A DNA stretch of 64,000 nt from Anaerolineales bacterium (GTDB lineage: Bacteria > Chloroflexota > Anaerolineae > Anaerolineales > Villigracilaceae), in assembly GCA_015075725.1 (NCBI GenBank), contig JABTTV010000001.1:3461223-3525222 (forward strand), in the 5' to 3' direction. The position numbers and the translations under genes were made by a program. Of this stretch, positions 37,438-47,345 are shown one piece after another (the first letter of the stretch is position 1; every line of letters starts with the position of its first letter). Below the pieces are notes generated by a model that saw only the letters and a program-made list of their open reading frames with translations, did not search any database and was not told the DNA's origin.

Positions 37438-37611
37438 TATGGGTAAAATTGTTCTCGTTGGCCAGCATATGGTCACGAAGTCGGTGACAAAACATTATGA
37501 AAGGTATTGACATGTGGATCGGTTTTCCAGTTTCGGAATCATTCCCGTCAGATGAATAACATCATCAGTTCCGGTATTTGTGTGTCAGATAATCAGGTGT
37601 AGCGAATACAT

Positions 37612-38472
37612 ATGAACCATCCATTTCCTCCATCATTCATTACCGCTGAGTCACGCCTTGTAGATGTTTTCCATGATGAGGCTGCCGGTCTTGGCATTGG
37701 CAGATTTGATTCAGAACAATTGTTGAAAAAAATACCCGCATCAGTTAGGTCTACAAAAGCTATAAAGTTTGTGTTCGATCAAGAATGGCGTTACATTTTT
37801 GGTAAGCAATTCCATTTTGATGGAAATTCCCGTGGTTTTGGAGTTCCTCATCAGGCACCGCTAGTCGCAAATCTTGTACGCGCGTCCGCCCTGGCAGATC
37901 GTGTTCTTACTGCTTCGCAGTTCCGGCGTTGGTGGCAACAACTCGACATACCAGCAAAGCACCTCGATGCAATAGTGGAAATGCTGTCTATTTCCAACGT
38001 TGCCCTTGACCACGATCTTGCATATGAGCAAGCAGGGTTGGGAATTGGTTCCCAAAAAATCGACTGGTTACTGAAAACCAAGGAAAAAGGTGGATTTTTG
38101 CTCGAAGTCAAGAATAGACCGGGGCAGATGGCGCGGGAAATGACGAGAAAAAAAGCAACTTCTCCGTCAATGCCAAGCGATCCCATTACGGATTTCCCCG
38201 CTCTCTTCAGAAGCACGACAGGCAAATTCCTTCCCTTGCATGAAACTGAATACACCCAAGGAGTTATACTGTTTCTGGGAATTAAGGTGCCTGCGACTGC
38301 ATTAGATAATTATTTCCGTAATCATCTTCAATCTCATCTTCATTTTATCGCCCTCGGCAAGGAGGATAAAGCAATGGGTATCAGTGTTAATCTTTTTGTA
38401 AAATCCACTGAAATTGCGGACCATGTCCGCTTTGCATTTAGATGGAATGAAGGTGCAGATTTGCTCTATTGA
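37612..38472 (+). CDS. Hypothetical protein, possible PD-(D/E)XK nuclease fold
   Basis: KIDWLL...LLEVKNR D...ExK pattern. Confidence 0.45.
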   Translation: MNHPFPPSFITAESRLVDVFHDEAAGLGIGRFDSEQLLKKIPASVRSTKAIKFVFDQEWRYIFGKQFHFDGNSRGFGVPHQAPLVANLVRASALADRVLTASQFRRWWQQLDIPAKHLDAIVEMLSISNVALDHDLAYEQAGLGIGSQKIDWLLKTKEKGGFLLEVKNRPGQMAREMTRKKATSPSMPSDPITDFPALFRSTTGKFLPLHETEYTQGVILFLGIKVPATALDNYFRNHLQSHLHFIALGKEDKAMGISVNLFVKSTEIADHVRFAFRWNEGADLLY

Positions 38473-38579
38473 AAACAATACTAGCAAAATGCGCATGATA
38501 TTGAAGATTTCGTAACTGAAATTTTCTGCTTTGATGAAGAAGCGTTTTGCTTGTCCATAGATTCTGGTGTATCCGGTGA

Positions 38580-39407
38580 ATGAGACAAATGATGGCAGTG
38601 GAAATTATTGACTTTGATAGTATTGATGAATGGTTCGGGAGTCTTGAGAGCATCCTATATCCTTTAATGACGGATACAGCAAGAAGGGAGCTTGCAGAAT
38701 CAAAGTTGCAGTATATAGAAGATACTCGGGACTTAATGCTTGAACTAACAAATCGCGATGCGACCATAGACGCTGTTTTGGATTGGCTTCGTTCAAAAAG
38801 GTTGATGGCCTATCATGGTACTCGAACGATTGAGCCTGAAGATATTTCAATTTGGGAAAATGGATTGCTTCCACTAAGTGCATCTGCCCGGCATATAAGG
38901 ATCAGCAGGGCGCTAACATCCCATCCAGGATGGCACGAGGTATCACAGCGACTTGGTGAATTACTGCAATCCCACGGACCAGGTAATCGTGAAGGAAAAC
39001 GGGAAGGCCAGGTGCATCTTACACTTTCAATGACCGGGTTGGTTTATGGATTCAATCATTATTTGTCTTACGGCTCTGAATTCGATCAACATGTAGCCCG
39101 AAAGCTTTTGGGGCAAGATGGCATGAAACTTCTTTCGCTTGACGGTGAGCCCAAAGTGGTCAAGGTCGCCGTCCCTGGCGAGGCGGCATTAAAAGCCGCG
39201 CATCCATTTATCAGCATGGATGATATTCGAGCCAGGGGCGATATTCCCAATATTGTTAAAGAGTTTTTGGAGGCATGGAGTTTTAAGTTATCCCATCCCA
39301 AATTTCAATCAGGACAATTAAAGCTCGATTGCGGTATGATTTTTTGGAATGCAATTCCCTCAAATTGGATAGTAGAAATCGAAAGAGTGGATATTCCCAT
39401 CAATTGA
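38580..39407 (+). CDS. Hypothetical protein, possible ADP-ribosyltransferase fold
   Basis: LMAYHGTR, later VHLTLS, and a terminal WIVEIE strand; ART-like spacing judged by eye only. Confidence 0.4.
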   Translation: MRQMMAVEIIDFDSIDEWFGSLESILYPLMTDTARRELAESKLQYIEDTRDLMLELTNRDATIDAVLDWLRSKRLMAYHGTRTIEPEDISIWENGLLPLSASARHIRISRALTSHPGWHEVSQRLGELLQSHGPGNREGKREGQVHLTLSMTGLVYGFNHYLSYGSEFDQHVARKLLGQDGMKLLSLDGEPKVVKVAVPGEAALKAAHPFISMDDIRARGDIPNIVKEFLEAWSFKLSHPKFQSGQLKLDCGMIFWNAIPSNWIVEIERVDIPIN

Positions 39408-39464
39408 CAGGGCTTACCAACAACATATATTTGAAACTACTAAAATTTTATTTGAGAGGCAAAC

Positions 39465-39743
39465 ATGAACATAACATTCGAAATAACGCTGACTGATGAC
39501 GAAAGGGATCCATATACCGCCCGGGAAATCAAACCGGTAAACGACGGAGATGTATGGCGATCATCGCCTCTGGAAGGTCAATTTAAGAGTATGTATAGTG
39601 CGATTGCAAAACTATGTTTTATGAATCTGGAATTGGCGGAAAATACGGAAGAAATATTTTTACTGTTCAAATACTATGCTCGCCTGTATCCAGAGGCGGC
39701 TCAACGGGCAATCGATGCGAGCAATTCTTTTAACAAAGAATAA
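39465..39743 (+). CDS. Hypothetical protein
   Basis: 92-aa ORF with a GAGG RBS; no recognisable motif. Confidence 0.6.
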   Translation: MNITFEITLTDDERDPYTAREIKPVNDGDVWRSSPLEGQFKSMYSAIAKLCFMNLELAENTEEIFLLFKYYARLYPEAAQRAIDASNSFNKE

Positions 39744-39890
39744 TCAAATGTGGAAGTATCTCGTTTTGTTGGATAAAATTTCATATACAAGATGCTCCCA
39801 ACAAAACGAGATACTCTTATTGCCTCAGATCTATTTTGTTCTCCAGTAACCCGATATCAATTATCCCAATGATCATCACAATTGATGTAA

Positions 39891-41093
39891 TTATTGTCCC
39901 GGCCAGCCGATCTGTCCCTGCCCTTCACGCACTGCCCAATAGATGATCCCGCCCCAATTCCAGGAACGCTGATATTGAGGATTGCTGATACTGCCGGCAT
40001 CATCCATGCGTCGCAGGGTTAGGCTGGTATCCCAATAGGCGTCTGGCGTACCATCATTGTTGATATCCGCCATTCTTGCCGCAGGTAGATTTGCCACGGC
40101 GGACGGGGGAATCTCGCCACCGCTTGAATGACTCTTCCATTCATAGCCTGTGATGCCCCGATGTCCGGTTCCGCCGCCGCAGTTGTAATTTCCGTTGCCA
40201 TTCGGACCGGCAAGACAGCCCTCGATGGCTTCATACTCCTGATAACGCAACTCCCAGAACAACTTGTACGGAGCGCGTCCGTTGCCAACGAACAGGGGCA
40301 TGTCCCCAGGCAGTTCATCCAGCCCACTGACACTCCCTGCGAGAGTGGTCGCTCCCACAGCCGGATGGGATGGTACTTCCCATTGAATGGTTTGGCTTGC
40401 GCCATTGGATAACATCAGGTCTCCAACTAGAGGCAGAGTCACAAACATGGGACCAGCAGGTCGCAAGGTCAGGATCAGGCGAAGATTTTGCCAGTCGCCC
40501 ACCTGTGGATGACTGGGCGATCCGCCGCCATTGGGAATATAGTTCACGCCACCTGATCCGGAGGATTCAGGCATACCGCCATTGCGGACAACGGTCGGCC
40601 AACGAACAAGAGTCGCAGGATATGGGCGCACATCCAGATAGATCTCGGGAAATGTGACACGCGCACTTACGTTCCAGCCGTTGTTGGCACAGGTGATACC
40701 GCCAGCCGTCACAGAGAACGATGTACAGGGATGTTGAGGCGGCGTGGTATTGGGCAGTTCACAAGGCATGACTGCCGGCTGCTCGATGATATGCAGAACC
40801 TGCCCGGTACAGTTATCCACCCGGATGGGAAACACCTTGCAGGAACTGCTTTCCGAATAATATTCAACGACTTGGAATGCTAGATGATTGCCGGGTGTGC
40901 AAGCGCCACCGCCATTGTTGTTATTGTTATTTCCACCGCCTTCCTCTCCGCCTCCTTCATTTCCTCCACCTGTGGTGCAAATGATGCTTCCATCCGGTTG
41001 AAAGGAACAGGATGGGGCAGACTGTGCTAGGACGGATAAAGGTTGAACGGAGATCAGGACGATCAGAAGAAGAAATAGACTCGCCCGTTTCAT
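39891..41093 (-). CDS. Secreted Cys/Gly-rich protein (pilus-associated adhesin candidate)
   Basis: Sec signal peptide, paired Cys and poly-G/N linker; end of the flp-tad operon (ATGA overlap). Confidence 0.65.
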   Translation of the reverse strand: MKRASLFLLLIVLISVQPLSVLAQSAPSCSFQPDGSIICTTGGGNEGGGEEGGGNNNNNNGGGACTPGNHLAFQVVEYYSESSSCKVFPIRVDNCTGQVLHIIEQPAVMPCELPNTTPPQHPCTSFSVTAGGITCANNGWNVSARVTFPEIYLDVRPYPATLVRWPTVVRNGGMPESSGSGGVNYIPNGGGSPSHPQVGDWQNLRLILTLRPAGPMFVTLPLVGDLMLSNGASQTIQWEVPSHPAVGATTLAGSVSGLDELPGDMPLFVGNGRAPYKLFWELRYQEYEAIEGCLAGPNGNGNYNCGGGTGHRGITGYEWKSHSSGGEIPPSAVANLPAARMADINNDGTPDAYWDTSLTLRRMDDAGSISNPQYQRSWNWGGIIYWAVREGQGQIGWPGQ

Positions 41094-42106
41094 GGTGCGG
41101 CTCCCGATAAGACGGAAAGGATGTACTGCTTTTCGTTTTCATCCGTGAAAGACTGCCAGTTTTCCGGCAGCGGTTGCATGTCAAGATGATAAGTGTTGCT
41201 CAGCCACTTCGCATCCCAGGGCTGGGAGTCGTATAGGGTTGCCACGGTTAGACGGTCGCTGGCATTTTCCTTTGCATCGGTGATTTCCAACTTGGGTTCC
41301 GTCTGTGTTCCCAGCCAGACCCACTGCCCATCACCCAGATACCCAAAGAGCAGAAACGAACGGATCGGCGTTGCGGTCGATGTGTATATGTGATCATTCA
41401 ACGCGTAGAGGATGTGCGTATTCTCGGCATCCTCCACCACCAGACAGATTACCGGATATTCACCGCCCCAAATCTCCACACGATTGCCTTTCACTGAGGA
41501 TGTCTCGAAACAGCCGCGCAGTCCATATGCTACTGCCGCTTTGCCATTGGCATTCAGACGCCATTCCTTGAAATCGGGATTGGGTGGGATGAAACTAACC
41601 GGCACATCCACAAGATCATTTGTATCCTTTGGAAGGGTGACGGTTTCCATCTGTCGCATGGGCATTTCGCTAAACCCAAGTAGTTCTGTGGCTTCAGCGC
41701 GACTATATCCTTCACGGATTGCTAGTGCCCATGCAATGGTTTTCTCCAAGCCTTGATATACACAAGCCGGCTGGATGATTTGGTAATTCTCGCTGATCAT
41801 GGTCGGCGTGAATGACCACTCCGATGAATCGGTTGGACAACCAAACGAATCAACACCTCCCGATGGGCTGGTCACAATGGTTTCCGTTGCCACCGGCTCC
41901 ACCGTCTGTGTCGGGAGGGTGACTGCTTCCGGAGTTGCTTGTACACGGCTCATCAACAGATACCGATTCAATCCTGCCATCCCTCCAGCCATAAAAAGCA
42001 GGAGCAGGATCAGCCCGGTGACAACGGTGTAAATGCGGGGTTGCCGTTTCCCGGCAAGGTCTTTATAGGTCAATCCATCCAGGATTGTTTTCCAAAGGGA
42101 TTTCAT
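41090..42106 (-). CDS. Membrane-anchored extracytoplasmic protein of the tad operon
   Basis: Single N-terminal TM and PT-rich linker. Confidence 0.65.
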   Translation of the reverse strand: MKSLWKTILDGLTYKDLAGKRQPRIYTVVTGLILLLLFMAGGMAGLNRYLLMSRVQATPEAVTLPTQTVEPVATETIVTSPSGGVDSFGCPTDSSEWSFTPTMISENYQIIQPACVYQGLEKTIAWALAIREGYSRAEATELLGFSEMPMRQMETVTLPKDTNDLVDVPVSFIPPNPDFKEWRLNANGKAAVAYGLRGCFETSSVKGNRVEIWGGEYPVICLVVEDAENTHILYALNDHIYTSTATPIRSFLLFGYLGDGQWVWLGTQTEPKLEITDAKENASDRLTVATLYDSQPWDAKWLSNTYHLDMQPLPENWQSFTDENEKQYILSVLSGAAP

Positions 42107-42121
42107 TCTTCTCCAAAAAAA

Positions 42122-42538
42122 TTATTGATCTTCGCGGGTCACGCCATGCGCCAGATATCCAATGGCGCGCACGGTCACCCAGCGTGCGGGGAACAAGTAC
42201 CCCGCCGATTGAACTTGCGCCGTGACATAACAGGCAGGGCGCCCTTGATGTCGTCCACAAGAGACCGAGGTAAGGTGCGCGGACCCCGGTCTCTGTGAAT
42301 TGAAGTAGGCAGCGGCAATCCCGTTGCCAGCAGTGGTGGCGGTGATGGTCCCATCCGGCAAGACTGCGATCTCCTGTGCGCCGGCATGAGCGGCAAGGTC
42401 GGCGGCAGCCACGGTCTCCATCACGCGCGCGTTGGTCACCATGTAATCGAGGATGCCTAACAGAAAGAGCGACATGATCGGCATCAGGATGGCGAACAAG
42501 GCAACAGATTGTCCGCGCTCTTTGAGTTTGATCTTCAT
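42122..42538 (-). CDS. TadG-like pseudopilin
   Basis: KERGQSVALFAILM prepilin motif and AAADLAAHAGA; start at 42538 by ATGA overlap. Confidence 0.7.
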   Translation of the reverse strand: MKIKLKERGQSVALFAILMPIMSLFLLGILDYMVTNARVMETVAAADLAAHAGAQEIAVLPDGTITATTAGNGIAAAYFNSQRPGSAHLTSVSCGRHQGRPACYVTAQVQSAGYLFPARWVTVRAIGYLAHGVTREDQ

Positions 42539-42963
42539 CGCCACTTTGCCTTCCAGGTCTCCGAGCGCGAGATGAACCACTCGCTGTTCCATCCGCTTTG
42601 ACTCAAACCAAGTAGCCCATCGAACAAGGTTGGTGCTTGAAACGAGACCAGACACTGACCCGGCTCTCCCGGCCCACTGGGGGGTGAGACCCGCACGCGA
42701 TATTGCACGCCTGCGGTGGCGGACCAATCCGCATTCAGGGTTTGCCAGGCGACATTCACCGCATTATTTCGGGCGCGTGCCGGATCCGGCGATTGTGACA
42801 GGAACTGTGAGCAGGCATACGCAGCGGCAGTCGCGGCAGTACGGGCGCGATGGGTCGGAATCCATGCCAACAAACCGAATGCCATAATGACTGCAAGCAT
42901 TGCGAATAAGGCAGTCTCTGCCAGTGCCTGTCCGCGTTCGCCCATTCGATGATGGGCCTTCAT
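42535..42963 (-). CDS. TadE-like pseudopilin
   Basis: GERGQALAETAL prepilin motif; start at 42963 by ATGA overlap. Confidence 0.7.
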   Translation of the reverse strand: MKAHHRMGERGQALAETALFAMLAVIMAFGLLAWIPTHRARTAATAAAYACSQFLSQSPDPARARNNAVNVAWQTLNADWSATAGVQYRVRVSPPSGPGEPGQCLVSFQAPTLFDGLLGLSQSGWNSEWFISRSETWKAKWR

Positions 42964-43352
42964 TCGAACCCTCCAGCAGGAGGCGGACCGGGGTAGAACC
43001 GCCAAAGACGGAAATTTGTTTCGGCACGTTGCGCCTCAATCAGGCGAATACCAAAGATCCAATTGCGCGAGTCCTCCACACTGATCAACGAGCGCACCTG
43101 ACGCGGACCGGTCTGCCCGGCATTGATTCGATCCGCCAGGTCGGGCCATAAGACATTGTCACGAGCGTGCTCGGTGGCAGGTGTGTTGTATGAACCTGAA
43201 GCAACGCCCGTGATGAACACGCCCCAGTCCGTGGCAGCGGATCGGAAGGCATAGAACGCGGCGAAGGTCATGCCGAACATAAGCAGAATCAGAATCGGCA
43301 TGACCAGGGCGAACTCTGCCATCGTCTGCCCCTTTTCCCTGCGGCGAATCAT
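42960..43352 (-). CDS. tadE: TadE-like pseudopilin
   Basis: EKGQTMAEFALVMPILILL. Confidence 0.8.
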   Translation of the reverse strand: MIRRREKGQTMAEFALVMPILILLMFGMTFAAFYAFRSAATDWGVFITGVASGSYNTPATEHARDNVLWPDLADRINAGQTGPRQVRSLISVEDSRNWIFGIRLIEAQRAETNFRLWRFYPGPPPAGGFE

Positions 43353-43532
43353 TTATCCGCCTCGCGCCATGCGCAGGGCTTCGATGCCGGCTTCGAAGGC
43401 GGCGATCAGTTCATTACGATAGCGGGCGATCACGGCAATCGCGACCACGCCGATGGCGCCCAGGATCAGGGCGTATTCGGCAAAGTCCTGACCATCCTCT
43501 TCGCGGATGAAACGTTTGAACAAAGTGAACAT
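43353..43532 (-). CDS. flp: Flp (type IVb) major pilin, 59 aa, below the ORF-track cut-off
   Basis: MFTLFKRFIREEDGQDFAEYALILGAIGVVAIAVIARYRNELIAAFEAGIEALRMARGG; G/Q-x-x-x-EY Flp motif and AAGGAG RBS. Confidence 0.9.
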   Translation of the reverse strand: MFTLFKRFIREEDGQDFAEYALILGAIGVVAIAVIARYRNELIAAFEAGIEALRMARGG

Positions 43533-43547
43533 GGAATCTCCTTTTTG

Positions 43548-43584
43548 AAATAAAAAATCGGCTGACAGTTTTTCTGCCAGCCGA
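43548..43584 (-). terminator. Intrinsic terminator between the metal ATPase and flp
   Basis: Minus strand TCGGCTGGCAG-AAAAA-CTGTCAGCCGA-TTTTTTATTT. Confidence 0.7.
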
Positions 43585-43669
43585 CATCATATAGAGTTGA
43601 GTATTGGGGAGGTTGATCCGTGTCGCTTATAGTTGCAAGGTATTTATCCGATGATGGGAATGGGGATGG

Positions 43670-45757
43670 TTATTTTTGTTTCAGCAATCTCGCTGAATTT
43701 CCCATGATGCCGATATCGGGCAGGGACTGCGCGGCGGCGGCAAGGACAGGGGGAAGAAAACCCAGGGCGGCAAGTGTCAGCCCAATGACATTATAGGCAG
43801 TCGTAAACAAGAGATTTGTTTTTACGACCCGCATGGTGCGTTGCGCGATCTTCAAGATATCGGGCACCAAATTCCAATCCTCGCGCATGAGGGCGATATG
43901 CGCCGCTTCGATGGCGACATCCGTGCCTGCCGCACCCATTGCCATGCCAATATCCGCCTGGGCAAGCGCGGGCGCGTCGTTCACGCCGTCACCGACCATC
44001 ACAACCACATGTCCCTTTGCCTGATATTCCTTCACGATGTCAATCTTGTTTTCGGGCAACAAATTGGCGCGATAGGACACACCCAGTTTATCGGCAAGGG
44101 CCGAGGCAGTGCGTTCATTATCCCCAGTGAGCAACTCGATATGACGGATGCCCAAGGAACGCGCTTCTTTCAGTGCGGCGGGAACTTCAGAGCGCAAGGT
44201 GTCCGCGGCGGCAAACACGCCAACAAGTTCGTTATCTCTTTCCATGAAAAGGAGAGTTTTACCCTGCGCTTCGAGTTCACCAGCAATGGACAATGCGACA
44301 GCGGCGGGGATCAAACGACGATTGCCTACAGCAACACGACGAGAGTCGATGACGGCGCGCACTCCATACCCAGGCACGGATTCAAAATTCTGGGGTTCGA
44401 CCAACGAGACATTCTCTTCACGGGCAAGCGTCCGAACCGCTTCCGCCAATGGATGTTCGGAATAGCGTTCGACAGAGGCGGCAAGGGAGAGGATTTCAGA
44501 GCGTGAGAGTCCATTCAAAGGAACAACATCCGTCACCTGCGGCTGACCGAGGGTGAGTGTGCCTGTCTTATCTACGAGTAATACATCAGCACGCGCGAGC
44601 AATTCAAGATATTTGCCGCCCTTGATGAGCAATCCGCGTTTGGCGCTTGCGCCCACTGACGCAAGCATGGCAACGGGCGTCGCCAGTGCAAAGGAGCACG
44701 AACAGGCGACCAGCAATACCGCCGCAGTTGATAACGGATTGCGTGTGAACAGGAATGTTAACCCAGCAATGACAGCGACTACAGGAAGATACCAGGCGCT
44801 GAACTTATCTGCGAGTTGTTGTACATCAGCGCGATGGGCTTCGGCTTCCTCCACCATTTTGACCACGCGCCCAAAGGTGGTGTCCGATCCAATTCTTTCA
44901 GCGCGGATGCGCAGACTGCCCAGTTTGGCAATGGTCGCGGCGTAGACATGCGTTCCATTCGCCGCTTCGACGGGCATGGACTCGCCTGTGATGGCGGATT
45001 GGTCAATGGTTGCCTGCCCGCTGACCACTTCACCGTCCACGGCGATCTTTTCTCCAGGACGCACGATGATGGTCTCGCCGACTTTTACTTCGCTGACTGG
45101 GATTTCCACTTCCGTACCGTCGCGTTCCACGCGGGCGGTTTGCGGGGAGAGGGCGGTCAATTCCTTGACTGCGCGTCGTGCGCTCTCGGTGGTGAAGTTT
45201 TCCACGTAATCACCAATGCGCATGAATACCACGACCAATGCCGCAGTGACCCATTGACCAACAACCAGCGCGGCGATGACACCGAGCGTCATCAAGGTGT
45301 GAGAGATGATCTGGCGTTTGAGAGTGGCTCGGATGACATTCTTGAAGACAGGATAACCGCCCGCGATCACTAACGCAAAACCAAACAGGAAGGGGACGCG
45401 TTCATTCAGGAAGTCGAACAATCCGAGGACTTCACCAAAGATGACCACGCTGATAATGATCGTGAACACGCCGACCAGCATGACAGTTAATCGGCGGTTG
45501 AAATCGCCCATTGAAACGGGATCAGCTTTCGGGGCATCTGAAGCAGGAACGTCATATCCGGCACCTTGAACTGCCGCGCGTATGATCGGAATATCCACCT
45601 GAGCCGGGTCGAGTTTTACGACTGCCTTTTCCGTGCCGAGAAATACATTCACCGATTGCACGCCGGGCAGTTTCTCAATGGCATGTTGAACGTGCTGGGT
45701 GCATTCAGCGCAATCCATGCCGGAGATGGGGATTTCAAGGGTTTGTGTGTTAGCCAT
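43670..45757 (-). CDS. Heavy-metal-translocating P1B-type ATPase
   Basis: HMA GMDCAEC, TGES, CSC in TM6, DKTGT, SEHPLA and GDGVNDAP motifs. Confidence 0.95.
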   Translation of the reverse strand: MANTQTLEIPISGMDCAECTQHVQHAIEKLPGVQSVNVFLGTEKAVVKLDPAQVDIPIIRAAVQGAGYDVPASDAPKADPVSMGDFNRRLTVMLVGVFTIIISVVIFGEVLGLFDFLNERVPFLFGFALVIAGGYPVFKNVIRATLKRQIISHTLMTLGVIAALVVGQWVTAALVVVFMRIGDYVENFTTESARRAVKELTALSPQTARVERDGTEVEIPVSEVKVGETIIVRPGEKIAVDGEVVSGQATIDQSAITGESMPVEAANGTHVYAATIAKLGSLRIRAERIGSDTTFGRVVKMVEEAEAHRADVQQLADKFSAWYLPVVAVIAGLTFLFTRNPLSTAAVLLVACSCSFALATPVAMLASVGASAKRGLLIKGGKYLELLARADVLLVDKTGTLTLGQPQVTDVVPLNGLSRSEILSLAASVERYSEHPLAEAVRTLAREENVSLVEPQNFESVPGYGVRAVIDSRRVAVGNRRLIPAAVALSIAGELEAQGKTLLFMERDNELVGVFAAADTLRSEVPAALKEARSLGIRHIELLTGDNERTASALADKLGVSYRANLLPENKIDIVKEYQAKGHVVVMVGDGVNDAPALAQADIGMAMGAAGTDVAIEAAHIALMREDWNLVPDILKIAQRTMRVVKTNLLFTTAYNVIGLTLAALGFLPPVLAAAAQSLPDIGIMGNSARLLKQK

Positions 45758-46100
45758 TTTTAGAAACCTTTATGTTGTAACGTGTGCATTCATAGACACC
45801 GCGCGCGACATCAGCGAGCAACGACTCGGCAAGCGCAATCAGTTCACCTACCCGGTCATCGCTCAAATAGTAGGTGACATATCGTCCCTGCTGTTCAGCC
45901 GTGACCAATCCACAATCACGCAAACAACCCAGGTGATTTGAAACATTAGGCTGAGAGAGACTGGTAGCCTCGACGATTTCGCTTACGGTTAACGGTCCAT
46001 TGCGCAACGCATCCAGGATTCCCAAGCGCGAGGGGTCGGCGAAGCCACGAAACAGTTTGGCTTGCAGGTCAATGCTGGAGGTGGTGGAAGTGATTAGCAT
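45750..46100 (-). CDS. ArsR/SmtB metalloregulator, CmtR-like
   Basis: ADPSRLGIL, SNHLGCLRDCGLV and a C-terminal Cys (VYECTRY), the three-Cys pattern of CmtR. Confidence 0.85.
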   Translation of the reverse strand: MLITSTTSSIDLQAKLFRGFADPSRLGILDALRNGPLTVSEIVEATSLSQPNVSNHLGCLRDCGLVTAEQQGRYVTYYLSDDRVGELIALAESLLADVARGVYECTRYNIKVSKNG

Positions 46101-46249
46101 ATTTCCTCATATCATCGTATCAGTATGTAATGATATTTTACTCAATCAAGATGAATTGTCAAGGCATATATCAGACTTTTACTTTTTCTACACAACTTCT
46201 ATATATCTGACGGGTATCCTGTGTATAACTTCACAAACAGGAGATACCC

Positions 46250-46972
46250 ATGAAATTCGTAAAAATTATTCTCGGACTGGTCGCGGCAGGAGTATTGCTA
46301 GTGGGCGGCTTTGTGGCTGGGACATTCATCACGCAGACACGAAATGCCAACATCCCTGCTCAACAATTTTTTCAGCCGACATTTATTCCGCAACAGCAAT
46401 TTCAACCCACGATAGTTCCACAACAGCCCCAGGTAACGCCCGTCCCGCAGACTACGTCGCCTGTCATTCCGTCACAGGGACAGTGGGGACGCGGCGGGTG
46501 GATGATGAATCCCCAGGGAGAATGGGAACATGGCTGGATGATGAATCCTCAGGGACAGTCAGGTTGGGGAATGCACGACGGGGATTATGAAAATTGGAAT
46601 GGTATGCACGGCGGCATGATGAACGGCTGGCAGTCCAATCCCAATTGGAATGCCACTCCCAATGTTTCCAACGACTCAACCACATATTCCACTCCTTCCA
46701 CTCCCGTTTCTTTCAAGGATGACGTTCAGCCCATCTTTGCCGCGCGTTGTATTGCCTGTCACGGCGGGACGAATGGATTGTTTCTCGACACATATGAGAA
46801 TGTTATGAAGGGTGGTGTAAACGGTGCAGTCGTATTCCCCAGTGATGTCAATAACAGCCGCCTTGCTTATTACGTGTACAGCGGTTACATGCCCTTCCGC
46901 AGCACACCGCTTACTTCAACAGAAATTCAAACCATCCTGGATTGGATCGCCTTGGGCGCTCCAAATAACTAA
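46250..46972 (+). CDS. Membrane-anchored c-type cytochrome with Met/His/Trp-rich linker
   Basis: RCIACHGG heme motif in a planctomycete-type cytochrome c domain; WMMNPQG repeated twice (46499-46519, 46535-46555). Confidence 0.8.
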   Translation: MKFVKIILGLVAAGVLLVGGFVAGTFITQTRNANIPAQQFFQPTFIPQQQFQPTIVPQQPQVTPVPQTTSPVIPSQGQWGRGGWMMNPQGEWEHGWMMNPQGQSGWGMHDGDYENWNGMHGGMMNGWQSNPNWNATPNVSNDSTTYSTPSTPVSFKDDVQPIFAARCIACHGGTNGLFLDTYENVMKGGVNGAVVFPSDVNNSRLAYYVYSGYMPFRSTPLTSTEIQTILDWIALGAPNN

Positions 46973-46997
46973 CTGCTCAAATTAAGGAGATGATAAA

Positions 46998-47309
46998 ATG
47001 AAAAACATTGCACTCTGGATCGTAATTGGCGCAATCACCCTCTTCGTTCTTGGACTGTTCGGCGGCATGTTCCTGCCCTTCGGAGGAAACAGCTCCGCCT
47101 ATGGGTATGGTTGCGCAAACGGCTGGAACGGTTATGGAAATATGATGGGCGGTTATCGCGGCTTCACACCCATGATGGGCAGCTGGGGTATGATGCCCTT
47201 TGGATTTTTCGGCATGCTGTTCATGTGGTTCATTCCGCTCGGCGTTCTCGCACTGGTCGTTGGTGGCATTTTCTGGATCGTTCGTACTCTGACGCAAAAA
47301 CAGGCATGA
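46998..47309 (+). CDS. Small Gly/Met-rich membrane protein
   Basis: Two TMs flanking a GYGNMMGG...MMGSWGMM segment. Confidence 0.7.
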   Translation: MKNIALWIVIGAITLFVLGLFGGMFLPFGGNSSAYGYGCANGWNGYGNMMGGYRGFTPMMGSWGMMPFGFFGMLFMWFIPLGVLALVVGGIFWIVRTLTQKQA

Positions 47310-47345
47310 GCTTCACAGTCGGGTGCGAATAGCAGGAGATAGATC

